Sequence record: PQ493298
DNA length: 64,000 bases
DNA from: Escherichia phage EPIMAM01
Reading direction: 5' to 3' (one strand)
Positions 28,432 to 38,752 of this stretch are shown in pieces (the first letter of the stretch is position 1; each line of letters starts with the position of its first letter). The translations under genes were made by a program, and so were the position numbers. The notes below the pieces were generated by a model that ran no database searches, was not told the origin of the DNA, and was given only the letters and a program-made list of their open reading frames with translations.

Positions 28432-29406
28432 TCACTTCCACTGCATTTCGCATGCTAATTGAATGAAAAGATATGCTAAATGTAATTCCGTATTAGCCGC
28501 AATTCCATGATACTGGTTATTTTCACCAACAATTTCATACATACGAATAATACTTTGCGGAGTTACACGTGTATAGATTTCTTCGGCAAGTTTACCTACG
28601 AACCACGAATAATCAGCTGCATATTTTGGCGCTAAAGCTCTGAGCTGTTTAACATCTTTATTTTTGAGAGATTCAAGAACATCACCAATAGCACCACGAT
28701 CGTTAGTAACCAGTGATAAAATACCAGCATCCAAAACACCTTTAGATGAATAACTATCGAGCTCACCAATAGTTTTACGAAAATCAGGAAAATTCTTTTT
28801 AACCAAAGCTGCTACAACTTTCATATCAGCTATAGCAATTCCTTCATGCTTGCAGATTTCAGTCAATCGACGAATCATCTGCTTCATCATTTCAATTTTA
28901 TCTTCATCAGTCGGTTGACCGAATGTAATAACTCGGCAGCGTGACTGAAGCGGTTTAATAATACCATCAATATTGTTAGCAGTAATAATAATACTACAGT
29001 TTGAACTATAAGCTTCCATAAAGGAACGAAGATGTCGCTGAGACTCTGCTAACCCTGAACGGTCAAATTCATCAATAACGATTACTTTTTGACGACCATC
29101 AAATGAAGCTGCACTAGCAAAATTAGTCAAAGGACCACGAACGAAATCAATTTTACAGTCTGATCCATTCACAAACATCATATCAGCATTTACATCATGA
29201 CACAATGCTTTTGCTACAGTTGTTTTACCTGTTCCTGGAGAAGGAGAATGAAGAATAATATGTGGAATCTTACCTTTACTTGTAATAGATTTAAAGGTTT
29301 CTTTATCAAAGGCGGGAAGAATACATTCATCGATAGTAGATGGACGATATTTCTGTTCAAGAATGTGTTCTTTTTCATTTACAGTAATCATAATTTCCTC
29401 ATTCAA
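28432..29406 (-). CDS. 44: clamp loader AAA+ subunit
   Basis: Track ORF 324 aa; Walker [11 protein letters not shown]. Confidence 0.9.
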   Translation of the reverse strand: MNEEIMITVNEKEHILEQKYRPSTIDECILPAFDKETFKSITSKGKIPHIILHSPSPGTGKTTVAKALCHDVNADMMFVNGSDCKIDFVRGPLTNFASAASFDGRQKVIVIDEFDRSGLAESQRHLRSFMEAYSSNCSIIITANNIDGIIKPLQSRCRVITFGQPTDEDKIEMMKQMIRRLTEICKHEGIAIADMKVVAALVKKNFPDFRKTIGELDSYSSKGVLDAGILSLVTNDRGAIGDVLESLKNKDVKQLRALAPKYAADYSWFVGKLAEEIYTRVTPQSIIRMYEIVGENNQYHGIAANTELHLAYLFIQLACEMQWK

Positions 29407-29422
29407 GTTTTAGTGTAAATTT

Positions 29423-29438
29423 AAGGGCCGAAGCCCTT
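29423..29438 (-). terminator. tetraloop hairpin
   Basis: aagggccgaagccctt. Confidence 0.5.
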
Positions 29439-29440
29439 TA

Positions 29441-30127
29441 TTAAAAGTCGTGGGTAGAATCAGCTTCAAGAGCTACTACATAATTCGCGTGTTCACCTTC
29501 AAATTTAGCAGCGCCTTGTTTGCCTTTTGCCCAAAGCAGAAGTTTGTAATTTCCTGGTTGCATTTTCATATTTGCCATATTGATAATGAAATTAAATGTA
29601 TTTTCACCATCATAATCACCAAGAGTCAAAGAATATTTAACGCGAGTCAAAGCAGAATCTTCTACTTTATTAAAACCGTTAATTACGATTTTACCTTCTT
29701 TTACTGTGATAGCAATTGTATCAATCTGCAGACCACGAGATACACGCAACAGTTGTTGAAGGTCTTCAGCTTTAATTTCAGTAACAACAGATGCTACCGG
29801 GAATGGAATTGGTTTATTAGGAGCAACTACTGTACTCGGATCGGCTGCTGGCCAAAAAATTGTTGAACGAGCATCAGCAATTTTAATATTTCCATCTTCT
29901 GACTGGGAAATTTCTGCATCGTCATTAACTAGGGACAGAATACCGAGAAAACCGTTCAAATCGTAAATTGCTACATCAAAATCAATGGTGTCGGAAATAT
30001 TTGCTTCCGCATAAGTTGTACCATTAACTGCGCGAGTCATAATAAATTGACCAGATTTAAGCATAATGCCAGAGTTAATAGTAGCGAAATTTTTAAGCAG
30101 AGCAGTAGTATCTTTAGACAGTTTCAT
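29441..30127 (-). CDS. 45: sliding clamp
   Basis: Track ORF 228 aa; matches T4 gp45. Confidence 0.9.
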   Translation of the reverse strand: MKLSKDTTALLKNFATINSGIMLKSGQFIMTRAVNGTTYAEANISDTIDFDVAIYDLNGFLGILSLVNDDAEISQSEDGNIKIADARSTIFWPAADPSTVVAPNKPIPFPVASVVTEIKAEDLQQLLRVSRGLQIDTIAITVKEGKIVINGFNKVEDSALTRVKYSLTLGDYDGENTFNFIINMANMKMQPGNYKLLLWAKGKQGAAKFEGEHANYVVALEADSTHDF

Positions 30128-30151
30128 GTAATTTCCTTCAATTCAAGTGAG

Positions 30152-30177
30152 ATTTAATTTTATAACTAATTTAATAA
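30152..30177 (-). promoter_or_regulatory. middle promoter upstream of gene 45
   Basis: MotA box TTGCTTTA, 12 nt spacer, TAAAAT on the minus strand. Confidence 0.5.
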
Positions 30178-30182
30178 AGCAA

Positions 30183-30572
30183 TTAACGATTAAAATCGGC
30201 AGCAATTGTTTCCGCAACAAGTTGAGCAGCAACAATTAGACGTTCATCTGCATTACCGCAATAATCATCTTCAAGGCGTTCACCACACGAAGTCATAATA
30301 AATTTAGCACCAGCGTTTAAAGATTCTGTCGTATGTTTGCGCATTAGTTCAATCCATTTATTACTTACTTCACGATCGATAGCTTCATAATACGCATGAC
30401 GAGCAGGTGCAGATTTAATTTTGTTCTGAATAACTTCCATCGCGTTATCAGAAAGAGACAAAACCCATGCTCGACGAATTTTATTTTGGTTTTGTGGATT
30501 TGAATCAGAACGCACGTGTTTTGGCTGAATATCTTTTACATCAACAGTATAATTCACAGTAATTTTAGTCAT
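30183..30572 (-). CDS. rpbA: RNA polymerase binding protein RpbA
   Basis: Track ORF 129 aa; size and position match T4 RpbA. Confidence 0.65.
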   Translation of the reverse strand: MTKITVNYTVDVKDIQPKHVRSDSNPQNQNKIRRAWVLSLSDNAMEVIQNKIKSAPARHAYYEAIDREVSNKWIELMRKHTTESLNAGAKFIMTSCGERLEDDYCGNADERLIVAAQLVAETIAADFNR

Positions 30573-30581
30573 AATACACCT

Positions 30582-30770
30582 TTAGTCATAATAATCAGTA
30601 ACAGTCCAAGCTTCATTTCTGTTGGACATTATTTTCGTATATTCTGCTTTAAATGCATTCTTAAGCATAGATTCAGTAACTATATGCTCTTCATTAGAAA
30701 AATTATTTCTCAGAATATATCGTTTTATTTCAGGAATAGTTAATAGATGCTGTCCAGTTGAATATTCCAT
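30582..30770 (-). CDS. small hypothetical protein
   Basis: Track ORF 62 aa. Confidence 0.45.
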   Translation of the reverse strand: MEYSTGQHLLTIPEIKRYILRNNFSNEEHIVTESMLKNAFKAEYTKIMSNRNEAWTVTDYYD

Positions 30771-30825
30771 GTTTTTCCTCCATAGAGATTATACTCTAAT
30801 AAATTAAAGCATAATCTCTTATAAA

Positions 30826-32508
30826 TTAAACCATTACAGTAAATCGACCAACTTTCTTCATTTGAAGATGCTGACCATATGCTTGTGGGTCATGATCTCT
30901 ATGCGAAATAACAAACACATTAGTATTTTTTAAACTATCTAAAATAGTTGAAATAGCTTTTACACCTTCAACATCGGTTGCTGAATCAAAAACTTCATCA
31001 AGAATTAATGTGTTTATTTTAACACCTGAAACTTTTTCAGCAATATCACGCCAAGTAAATAGAAGAGCAATATCAATTCGTGCTTTTTCGCCTTGACTGA
31101 ATGAAGCATAACTAAAATCTTCACGACCGCGGGATTTAATTGTCTCATTAAATTCTTCATCTAATGTAAACACATAATCCGCTTCCATTATTTTAAGATA
31201 ATGGTTAATTTGCTTATTAAATAATGGAATGTACTTTTTAATAATAGCACCTTTAATACCAGAATCTTTGAGCATATCAGTCAAAATTCCTCTGTGGTAT
31301 TTTTCCATTACTAAATTAGTTTTTGTCTTAACAATTTTATCAAGTTCTTCTTGAAGCAGTGCTATTTCATCAGCATGGTCAATAAACTCGGATGATGCTT
31401 TTTCTATAGCTGCTTTAACTTTTTTAGCTTTATCTACTGTCGTGATTAGAGATTGCTTTTTATTGCGAATATCATTCGCCAACGTCTGTTGGGTTTTAAT
31501 ATTATCTCGGTATTCATCGACGAGAACTTTTAAATTATCACGATGTGTTGAAAGCTGTTCAAACGAATGTGTGCATTCAGAAACTTTATCTTTAATTTTA
31601 GAAACAACTTTATCACCGGAATTTAATTGTGACAAACAGGTTGGACATAATCCACCTTCGTGATACATATTAATGACTTTATTATACGAGTCAATTTTTG
31701 ATTTAATTAAAAATGCTTCTTGACCAATTTTATTAAATGCATCAGTCGGGTCTTCATCCAAAACAATATTAACTAATCTTTCATTAGCTTCTTCTATTTC
31801 CGATTTTAACGTTCTAGCTTCTTTTGCCAAATCATCATACATATTCTGTAGACGAGTAAGGTTATCACCAGTTAATTTTTTCTGGCGTTCAACGTTATCA
31901 TTATATATTTTAATTTGCTGGATAATACTATCTTTTTTAACATCAAGCACTTGGTTTTGTGAATTTAATTCACGTATTAGTGCTTTATTAAGCTTATCCA
32001 TTTCAGCTAATGTTCCTACCTCGAGCAGGTCTTCGACGAGTTTTCTTCTTGCAGGAGTGGATAGGCCCATAAAAGGGGTATATCCAGCCGTGCCGAGTAC
32101 GACGATCTGTTTGAAACTGGCATATGACATTCCGATAAGCTGTTCAAATTCTGCTTGGAAATCTTTACTGCTGGCAGATTCATTAAGACGTGTACCGTTA
32201 ACGGTGATTTCGAAAACATTCGGTTTTTGTCCTCTTTTGATATAGTACTTTTTCTCATCATATTCCATCCACAGTTCAACTAAAAGTTCTTTCTTATTTG
32301 TGCTGTTTATTAATTGACCTTTCTTTACATCACGAAATGGCTTGCCAAAAAGCCCAAATGTGATGGCTTCTAACATAGTAGACTTACCACCGCCATTTCG
32401 TCCAGTAATAAGAGTTTTTTGAACCTTATCTAGTTGAATGTCAATAGGATTTCCACCTACTGACATTATATTTTGATACCTAACTCGGTTTAGTTTAAAA
32501 TTCTTCAC
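30826..32508 (-). CDS. 46: recombination nuclease subunit, Rad50/SbcC-like ATPase
   Basis: Track ORF 560 aa; Walker A GRNGGGKST and coiled-coil middle. Confidence 0.9.
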   Translation of the reverse strand: MKNFKLNRVRYQNIMSVGGNPIDIQLDKVQKTLITGRNGGGKSTMLEAITFGLFGKPFRDVKKGQLINSTNKKELLVELWMEYDEKKYYIKRGQKPNVFEITVNGTRLNESASSKDFQAEFEQLIGMSYASFKQIVVLGTAGYTPFMGLSTPARRKLVEDLLEVGTLAEMDKLNKALIRELNSQNQVLDVKKDSIIQQIKIYNDNVERQKKLTGDNLTRLQNMYDDLAKEARTLKSEIEEANERLVNIVLDEDPTDAFNKIGQEAFLIKSKIDSYNKVINMYHEGGLCPTCLSQLNSGDKVVSKIKDKVSECTHSFEQLSTHRDNLKVLVDEYRDNIKTQQTLANDIRNKKQSLITTVDKAKKVKAAIEKASSEFIDHADEIALLQEELDKIVKTKTNLVMEKYHRGILTDMLKDSGIKGAIIKKYIPLFNKQINHYLKIMEADYVFTLDEEFNETIKSRGREDFSYASFSQGEKARIDIALLFTWRDIAEKVSGVKINTLILDEVFDSATDVEGVKAISTILDSLKNTNVFVISHRDHDPQAYGQHLQMKKVGRFTVMV

Positions 32509-32768
32509 AAAAGATTCCTTTTAATGTATCTTTTAGACCATTCTATCATATCATCATAATCTAAAAAGTATTCATCAAATTCAGCCATGCAAACAACGCC
32601 TTGTGCTGCTTTTGATGTGATATAAATTATTCCAACATATCTAGAATCTTCTTCGGTGTAATCAATATTTGCTATGAATTCATCGTTAATGTCAAATGTC
32701 GAAAACTTCACAGTATGCATCCTTAATACAAGATACAGCCATATCTTGTAATGATTTAGGTGTGTCAT
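32505..32768 (-). CDS. small hypothetical protein
   Basis: Track ORF 87 aa; true start may be internal. Confidence 0.4.
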   Translation of the reverse strand: MTHLNHYKIWLYLVLRMHTVKFSTFDINDEFIANIDYTEEDSRYVGIIYITSKAAQGVVCMAEFDEYFLDYDDMIEWSKRYIKRNLL

Positions 32769-32955
32769 TATCTAAAATGTTGAAGTTAAAAGATACAGCC
32801 CAGTCAGTGCAGACCGTAACCTTTTTAATACAATTATCTTCAACCTCTAGCGGTTCAAACCAATATTCAATAATTTCTTTATGCCCAATATCATCTTTTA
32901 CTTCGCATTCAAAATGCTGACTCATCATAACATTTTTAAATTCATCAAAAGTCAT
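32692..32955 (-). CDS. small hypothetical protein
   Basis: Track ORF 87 aa; 4-nt overlap with gene 47. Confidence 0.4.
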   Translation of the reverse strand: MTFDEFKNVMMSQHFECEVKDDIGHKEIIEYWFEPLEVEDNCIKKVTVCTDWAVSFNFNILDNDTPKSLQDMAVSCIKDAYCEVFDI

Positions 32956-33971
32956 TGTGTTGCCTCTACATATAACTGATTTGCATATTGAATAAGTGCT
33001 TCGCGATCAGAATCAGTGATGTCTGGAATTGCATTAATGTATTCTTCCATTAACGTCTGAAGAGATTGAACTTCAACTTCTTCACTATCATCTGACTCGA
33101 CAGAGTTATCAATCTTTGACACAACTCGTAATGAATGCACAACTTTTTCTAGTTCAGATTCGAACTTCGTTAGATTTTTGTCTACTTCAGTTACTATAAC
33201 ACGTACTGATAGATTTGTAAAATCTTTATAGTCAATTTTTCCCTTAAATGGATATTGAATTCGACGATGCCAGGTAGTGTTGTTTGGAATAAATTCCATT
33301 CGTTCTGTTTCTGTATCAAACATCCAGAACCCACGAGGGTCATTCTCGTCACCTGCAGTTAGTGTCCATGGTGTCCCAATATATCTGACGTTAGCAGCCT
33401 CAGAGATAGTATGGAAGTGACCAGACCACACCTCTTTATAAGTCTTAAGGAAATCAGGTTCAAGACCGTGAGATTTCATTCCTTTATAAAAATAAAATCC
33501 ATTCAGCTCCCAGTGACCAACACAAAAAGAAGCAGATGAAGTTTTGATGTGCTCAAGAATTTCACCAGTATTTTCTTCACACATCCAAGGAATTAAATCA
33601 ATCAAACATCCGTCAAAATCTACTGTAGTAGGCTTATCATATACTTTAACATTAGGATATTTAGCCAAAAGCTCAGTAGAAGCATTTGGAGTTAAAGTAT
33701 TTTTAAAGTGCATATCATGGTTTCCTACAACAGTATGTAGGGTAATACCAGCATCATCAAGCATTTGAACTATTTCACGAGCGAACTCCATAGTTTTATG
33801 TGTGATTGCTTTTCGCACATCAAAAATATCGCCGTATTGAATCCATGTAGTAATTCCATTTTTCTTAGAATATTCTATTGCTTGTTTAATTCCATCCAAC
33901 TGAATGGATTGAACCCACTCATCATCGGCTTTAACGCCTAAATGCCAATCACCCAAGTTTAGTATTTTCAT
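32952..33971 (-). CDS. 47: recombination nuclease subunit, Mre11/SbcD-like phosphoesterase
   Basis: Track ORF 339 aa; GDWHLG and GNHD phosphoesterase motifs. Confidence 0.9.
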   Translation of the reverse strand: MKILNLGDWHLGVKADDEWVQSIQLDGIKQAIEYSKKNGITTWIQYGDIFDVRKAITHKTMEFAREIVQMLDDAGITLHTVVGNHDMHFKNTLTPNASTELLAKYPNVKVYDKPTTVDFDGCLIDLIPWMCEENTGEILEHIKTSSASFCVGHWELNGFYFYKGMKSHGLEPDFLKTYKEVWSGHFHTISEAANVRYIGTPWTLTAGDENDPRGFWMFDTETERMEFIPNNTTWHRRIQYPFKGKIDYKDFTNLSVRVIVTEVDKNLTKFESELEKVVHSLRVVSKIDNSVESDDSEEVEVQSLQTLMEEYINAIPDITDSDREALIQYANQLYVEATQ

Positions 33972-34108
33972 ATATCAAGAACCGTCATTGAAATGCAAAA
34001 TAAAATTATTGAAATAAATCCATCTGGAGTGCTAAAGAACCCAATCCAACATGCTCTAGTGAATAGATAAAATGCGAGAAAAAGTATCACATATCCAAGA
34101 AATATCAT
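33968..34108 (-). CDS. candidate small membrane peptide
   Basis: 46-aa hydrophobic ORF below track cutoff; GGAG SD; stop overlaps the gene 47 ATG (ATGA). Confidence 0.4.
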   Translation of the reverse strand: MIFLGYVILFLAFYLFTRACWIGFFSTPDGFISIILFCISMTVLDI

Positions 34109-34131
34109 TATATCAAACTCCGTATAAAGTT

Positions 34132-34149
34132 AAAGGGCCGAAGCCCTTT
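34132..34149 (-). terminator. tetraloop hairpin downstream of a-gt
   Basis: aaagggccgaagcccttt. Confidence 0.55.
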
Positions 34150-35350
34150 ATTTTGTAATAATGTCAAACTGTTCTTTAAAGCAGAAGCTTGAATCTTGAT
34201 GCTGATACAAAAATTCATAAGCTTTTTCGCGTTCACGGTCATAAAGATTTCGGTCAGATGACAGTTCTTTAATACGTTCAAATGTTGATTCCATGTCATT
34301 TTCATCAAACCAAACGATACCGCTATCATGAGAAATTAACGGAGTATTATCAACACGGAATTTTAAATTTTCGCCAGTAGATTTCCAAAATACTGGAATT
34401 GTTCCACATGCACCAAGCTCGAGATGAGTATATTCTAAAGAACGTTGTAGATATTTTTTATCCAACTTACTCAGCTGATAACCAAATCCGGATTTACTCA
34501 TGCGTTCAAGCATTTCGCTATTTACATAACGGTCAAGAATTTGCGTTGGCAAATTAGGAGCAATTTTAATTTGGTCTACTTGATGAAGACGATAATACTC
34601 ATATGGAATTCCTTTTTCTTTAATAGGAATGAACGCTGGAGAACGTTCCAGACCTTCCATAATAGTACTTAATCCCGCAGGTTTAAGATGTTTTTCGTGA
34701 AAATCAAACATCTGATAAAAACCTTTCCATGTAGTCGTACGACCGATCCAACGGTTGACATTCATATTAATTTCAGAAACATCTTTCCAGTAGGTTGATC
34801 GAACCTTCGCAATATCCATAGGAGGCTGAAAGTTGTATACAGTCGGTGCTTCTTCAATATCATCAAATAGAGAAACTGTTTCTGGATACCATTCTTTCAT
34901 CAGAACTTTATTAAAATCACCATTATCAGAATGACTAAAAATAACATCAGCTCGACGAACAGTTTCTTCTAATCCCAAATTTCGGCGCAAAGAAAGAGAA
35001 GAATGGTCATGTTGATAAACTACAACACGAACCGAAGGTTTAATGTTATCAATAATTTTTTTATAGTTATTAATAGTGTCTTCTTCGACTGAAGTAGCAG
35101 GAACTGAATTGATAATTAGAATATCACAATCATTTACCAGCTTAAGTGTTTTATCGTATTCTTTTGTCAATAAAACCGGAATTGAAAATGATTTATAATC
35201 ATGCGCGCAATTACGAGTAAATGATTTATCTTTAGCATAAACCAAAGTTACTTCATGACCATTTTTAATAAACCAATCACGCTGCTCGAGAGAAAATTTA
35301 GTTACGCCGCAACCTTCAAGACCTCGAGCCATAAAAATGCATACTTTCAT
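34148..35350 (-). CDS. a-gt: DNA alpha-glucosyltransferase
   Basis: Track ORF 400 aa; N-terminus and length match T4 alpha-gt. Confidence 0.85.
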   Translation of the reverse strand: MKVCIFMARGLEGCGVTKFSLEQRDWFIKNGHEVTLVYAKDKSFTRNCAHDYKSFSIPVLLTKEYDKTLKLVNDCDILIINSVPATSVEEDTINNYKKIIDNIKPSVRVVVYQHDHSSLSLRRNLGLEETVRRADVIFSHSDNGDFNKVLMKEWYPETVSLFDDIEEAPTVYNFQPPMDIAKVRSTYWKDVSEINMNVNRWIGRTTTWKGFYQMFDFHEKHLKPAGLSTIMEGLERSPAFIPIKEKGIPYEYYRLHQVDQIKIAPNLPTQILDRYVNSEMLERMSKSGFGYQLSKLDKKYLQRSLEYTHLELGACGTIPVFWKSTGENLKFRVDNTPLISHDSGIVWFDENDMESTFERIKELSSDRNLYDREREKAYEFLYQHQDSSFCFKEQFDIITK

Positions 35351-35374
35351 TTAATATCCTCATTGTTTTGGTTT

Positions 35375-35399
35375 ATTTTACCAAAAATTTATAAAGCAA
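35375..35399 (-). promoter_or_regulatory. middle-promoter-like element upstream of a-gt
   Basis: TTGCTTTA, 11 nt, TAAAAT; overlaps a TATAAAT late-like box. Confidence 0.4.
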
Positions 35400-35401
35400 T
35401 A

Positions 35402-35419
35402 TAGGAGCCGAAGCTCCTA
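35402..35419 (-). terminator. tetraloop hairpin
   Basis: taggagccgaagctccta. Confidence 0.5.
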
Positions 35420-35422
35420 TCC

Positions 35423-35593
35423 ACATAATACACCATACAGAGGCTCATTAGAGCTTCTAAATTTTATACGCTTATATGTTATAGTTCCTTCTGCTTTAGC
35501 TTTATCATGAGACTCTTTAAAGCGTCTCATCATTTCTGCTTTAGAGGAACGAATTTTATTATAATCTATTTCAGAAGTCTGGGTGTTCATCTT
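35423..35593 (-). CDS. candidate small basic protein
   Basis: 56-aa ORF below track cutoff, abutting the upstream ORF and followed by a hairpin. Confidence 0.35.
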
Positions 35594-35800
35594 TCACAGT
35601 TGCCACCATTTTTTGACTTGATAGGAATCAACCCACACTTTCATATTAGGGTCTGCTCTTACAATAGGAGGATTAACTTCTTTAATTGAACTATCATGGT
35701 ATTCTTTTTCAGAAATTTTCACACAAAGATGACCGTTCAAAGATTCAGTAAATCCTGCATTAATTTTAAGACGCTTGAATTTTACGTTTGTAAGCATCAA
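35594..35800 (-). CDS. small hypothetical protein
   Basis: Track ORF 68 aa. Confidence 0.4.
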   Translation of the reverse strand: MMLTNVKFKRLKINAGFTESLNGHLCVKISEKEYHDSSIKEVNPPIVRADPNMKVWVDSYQVKKWWQL

Positions 35801-36083
35801 TCATATCCTCAATCTGCGATCTAGTAGTCTTCCAAAGAATACTAATGAGTTCATCGTTATATGGCTGTTTTAGAATATCCCGACTTTTCTTGATAGCATA
35901 TTCGTATTGAGCAAAATTATTGTTTTCAGCTGCAATCTGAGCGTGCTTATAAAGACGATTCAGTTCGCGTTTGTTTTTAGACAATAACTTATTTGCTTTT
36001 CTTTCTGCTTCAAGACGGTTCTTTTCTTCAATAGAAGAAATAAGCTTTTCCACTTCATCATTAATTTCGGGTTTATCAGTCAT
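35766..36083 (-). CDS. hypothetical protein
   Basis: Track ORF 105 aa; charged, helical. Confidence 0.45.
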   Translation of the reverse strand: MTDKPEINDEVEKLISSIEEKNRLEAERKANKLLSKNKRELNRLYKHAQIAAENNNFAQYEYAIKKSRDILKQPYNDELISILWKTTRSQIEDMIDAYKRKIQAS

Positions 36084-36084
36084 A

Positions 36085-36303
36085 TTATTTCTCTAATATA
36101 AAATAAAAATCATCATCTGTTAAATGATACCGATAGTTTAATTCTACACCATTAGATTTAAAAGCGGTATCATACGGATTTTCTGGATCAATATCAATGT
36201 CAAGAGCTAAAACTTCCCTGAGATACATTTTAAGTAAATAGGGAATAGCTTCAACTTCAGGTATTTCTTCCAAGAATCCGGAGAGGTTAATCGTTAGCCT
36301 CAT
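36085..36303 (-). CDS. small hypothetical protein
   Basis: Track ORF 72 aa. Confidence 0.45.
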
Positions 36304-36850
36304 ATAAAAAATCCAAACTAGGAGAATCGTCTACAACACTTTTCTTTTCAGCCCCCGGTGTTCTATAGGTTGATTCTTCGTAATGCGTCATTTTATCGTA
36401 GATGTCTTGAATAAAAGTTTCATCTACTAACGCAACCATATCGTCGTCACGACTGTCATAGACATTGTGAACGAAGTAACTGTATTTCTTTGCAACTTCC
36501 TTACGTTCTTTTTTAATACGTTGGACGAATGCATTAAAACAAGCTTGAGTTATATATGCATGTGGGTTTTTATATTTCGTTTCATCAAAATTATGAAGCC
36601 CCTTAATAGAAGCTTCTATACCATCTGCAATCATTTCTTGTTTCCAGGATTGGGTGTATCCTGAAAAGTTGAAACGTTTAGATAAGCCTTCTGCAATAAG
36701 CATAATGGCTAATCCGATAGTATCATTCTGACGAACTACTTTATTTGGGTCTTTATTATTTGCTAATTCTGTTTTCCAATCAATAATAGCTTGTAAAAGC
36801 TCTTTATTGTTTACGTAATTATATTTAGGCTTAGTTTCTGACATTTTCAC
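36287..36850 (-). CDS. 55: late sigma factor
   Basis: Track ORF 187 aa; matches T4 gp55. Confidence 0.88.
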
Positions 36851-36922
36851 CTCTTAGCTCAATTCATAGATCTATTATATCATAATATTTGAAGATCTAT
36901 CTTAAAGCATAGAGGATATCAG

Positions 36923-37192
36923 TTATCTAAGTAAGCAGTATGCTTGGAACACTTTCTCCATCATCTTTTTAAATTCATGAATATCTATATAATGACTAGT
37001 TAAATCAGCATGATATAAAAAGTCTAAAAACTTTTCATGTGTGCTAACATATTCACTTTCATTTAATTCAGAAACATGGCTTTCCCAATATCCAACACCA
37101 GTCTTATTTGGGAAAAATGAAATTTTCATGTATTGATCAACATAGAAAATGCCATAATTTTCAATAGTAATAGAAATATTAATAAATTTCAT
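36923..37192 (-). CDS. small hypothetical protein
   Basis: Track ORF 89 aa. Confidence 0.45.
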   Translation of the reverse strand: MKFINISITIENYGIFYVDQYMKISFFPNKTGVGYWESHVSELNESEYVSTHEKFLDFLYHADLTSHYIDIHEFKKMMEKVFQAYCLLR

Positions 37193-37410
37193 GCATTCAT
37201 CAACTTAGCCGCTTCAAGAGCTGCATCTAGTGAATCAAACTGGTCAACGTATTCAATCAATTCGCCATAATTAGCGTATAACCACCATTGGCTAAATTCA
37301 TACTCAAGGATGAATCCATTTCCTTCAATTTGAGTTAAACCAATGCCATTTGTATTTACTTCATATCCGGCAAGACGCAAATCGTTAATAAGAGCTTCGT
37401 TCATATTCAT
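37189..37410 (-). CDS. small hypothetical protein
   Basis: Track ORF 73 aa. Confidence 0.45.
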   Translation of the reverse strand: MNMNEALINDLRLAGYEVNTNGIGLTQIEGNGFILEYEFSQWWLYANYGELIEYVDQFDSLDAALEAAKLMNA

Positions 37411-37733
37411 ACCTTAGCAATTTTCAGGTCAGCAAATTTTTTCTTGCGTTGATTTTTCATACGACGAATAGTTTTATCGGAAATTTCATGCTTTTGATAA
37501 GCTTTAGATTCTACACCAAAAGCTTTAACATCAAATTCTGACAAGATATATTGAACCAACAATTCACGGACAGTATTGCGTCCAATCTTCTGATCATTCT
37601 GTTTCATCGTCTGATGAAGATCTTTTTCCCATTTATCCAAAATTTGAGGAGTTACAATATCGCCTTTTTCTAGCAAAGAAACTACTTTATCATATGCATA
37701 AGAATTGATGGCGTTTTTAATTTGAATAGTCAT
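37407..37733 (-). CDS. hypothetical protein
   Basis: Track ORF 108 aa. Confidence 0.45.
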   Translation of the reverse strand: MTIQIKNAINSYAYDKVVSLLEKGDIVTPQILDKWEKDLHQTMKQNDQKIGRNTVRELLVQYILSEFDVKAFGVESKAYQKHEISDKTIRRMKNQRKKKFADLKIAKV

Positions 37734-37771
37734 ACATTATCCTCAATTACATTAAAATTTTATTATCCAAA

Positions 37772-37787
37772 AAGGGCCGAAGCCCTT
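37772..37787 (-). terminator. tetraloop hairpin
   Basis: aagggccgaagccctt. Confidence 0.5.
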
Positions 37788-37986
37788 AGCTAAACTTTTT
37801 GGCACCCTTCCAGCCTTCGTACATCATTGCGGCTGATATTAATATTGCTCCTGAGCAACTTGAATATTTGTGATTCCAAAACCAGTTTAGAAAAACTTCG
37901 TCATCAATACCTTGGGCTATCATATTTTCAAAGAACTGACGACGAGCTTCAGCAATTCGTTGTGATAATTTAGATTCAGGATTCAT
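37786..37986 (-). CDS. small hypothetical protein
   Basis: Track ORF 66 aa. Confidence 0.4.
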   Translation of the reverse strand: MNPESKLSQRIAEARRQFFENMIAQGIDDEVFLNWFWNHKYSSCSGAILISAAMMYEGWKGAKKFS

Positions 37987-38202
37987 TTAAATTTTCCAGT
38001 TACCATTTTCATCAATAAATTTAATCCAGTCATTTACTGACCACTTGGTCGTATCGCCCTTTGGAGCAACATTTAAAATGTATAATCCTTGTTTAAAAAG
38101 CATGCGTTTGATATTCATATTTTCCTCAGCTGTAACGATAGCACTCGTTTGATTTACGCTTAGCAACTCGTTGAGAAGTATTATAATCAAAATCATCGTC
38201 AA
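37987..38202 (-). CDS. small hypothetical protein
   Basis: Track ORF 71 aa; N-terminal hydrophobic segment. Confidence 0.4.
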   Translation of the reverse strand: MTMILIIILLNELLSVNQTSAIVTAEENMNIKRMLFKQGLYILNVAPKGDTTKWSVNDWIKFIDENGNWKI

Positions 38203-38464
38203 TGTAAACTGATTTTTTCAACTTTCTTACTTCACCACGTAATTGGCGATTTAGCTCATCTTTAACTTCTGAATCGATGCCTTTCATTCTACGCCATTTA
38301 TCAGAGCGAAAAATGTTTTCAACCATATCTTTATGACTTACACCATCAGGAGCTTTACGCTTTCCGAAATAGTCATAATCACGTACTTTTAAATCTTTAC
38401 GACGATACGTTTTACCCATGGAGTTTAATTTCCTTAGCAACTGAACTAAATACAGCACGATCAC
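38126..38464 (-). CDS. hypothetical basic protein
   Basis: Track ORF 112 aa; true start may be internal. Confidence 0.4.
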   Translation of the reverse strand: MIVLYLVQLLRKLNSMGKTYRRKDLKVRDYDYFGKRKAPDGVSHKDMVENIFRSDKWRRMKGIDSEVKDELNRQLRGEVRKLKKSVYIDDDFDYNTSQRVAKRKSNECYRYS

Positions 38465-38594
38465 AAATCATCTGTTTATGTAACTTGAGTATAAGATAAT
38501 AAACTTCAAAACCGTTTACATAAGTAACACGAACAACATTACCATTAATAAAATAATATTGTCCCTTTTTAATTTCTTTATCAACCACAACCAT
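38412..38594 (-). CDS. small hypothetical protein
   Basis: Track ORF 60 aa. Confidence 0.4.
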   Translation of the reverse strand: MVVVDKEIKKGQYYFINGNVVRVTYVNGFEVYYLILKLHKQMICDRAVFSSVAKEIKLHG

Positions 38595-38624
38595 ATCAAA
38601 TCCTCAAAGGCAATTCATATGTTA

Positions 38625-38654
38625 ATAATACCGCAGTTTGAACTTCTTGTAAAC
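38625..38654 (-). promoter_or_regulatory. T4-type early promoter
   Basis: GTTTAC, 18 nt, TATTAT. Confidence 0.55.
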
Positions 38655-38675
38655 AACTTTGTGAAAATTATTTTA

Positions 38676-38699
38676 GGGAACGATAAGAAGGGAACGATA
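38676..38699. repeat. tandem direct repeat GGGAACGATA x2 upstream of an early promoter
   Basis: gggaacgata-agaa-gggaacgata lying 22-45 nt upstream of the -35. Confidence 0.55.
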
Positions 38700-38735
38700 G
38701 CTTAGAATGGTAATATACAGAATGTGAGAAAGAAA

Positions 38736-38749
38736 GGCCCAGAGGGCCC
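38736..38749 (-). terminator. GC hairpin downstream of nrdH
   Basis: ggcccagagggccc. Confidence 0.5.
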
Positions 38750-38752
38750 GTC

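Noticed and set aside
34108-34329. Track ORF 34108..34329 (73 aa)
   Set aside because: It lies almost entirely inside the a-gt coding region in another frame on the same strand.
36851-36922. Paired ATAGATCT motifs upstream of gene 55
   Set aside because: Two short AGATCT-containing palindromes 22 bp apart; too short to distinguish from chance in AT-rich DNA without comparative data.
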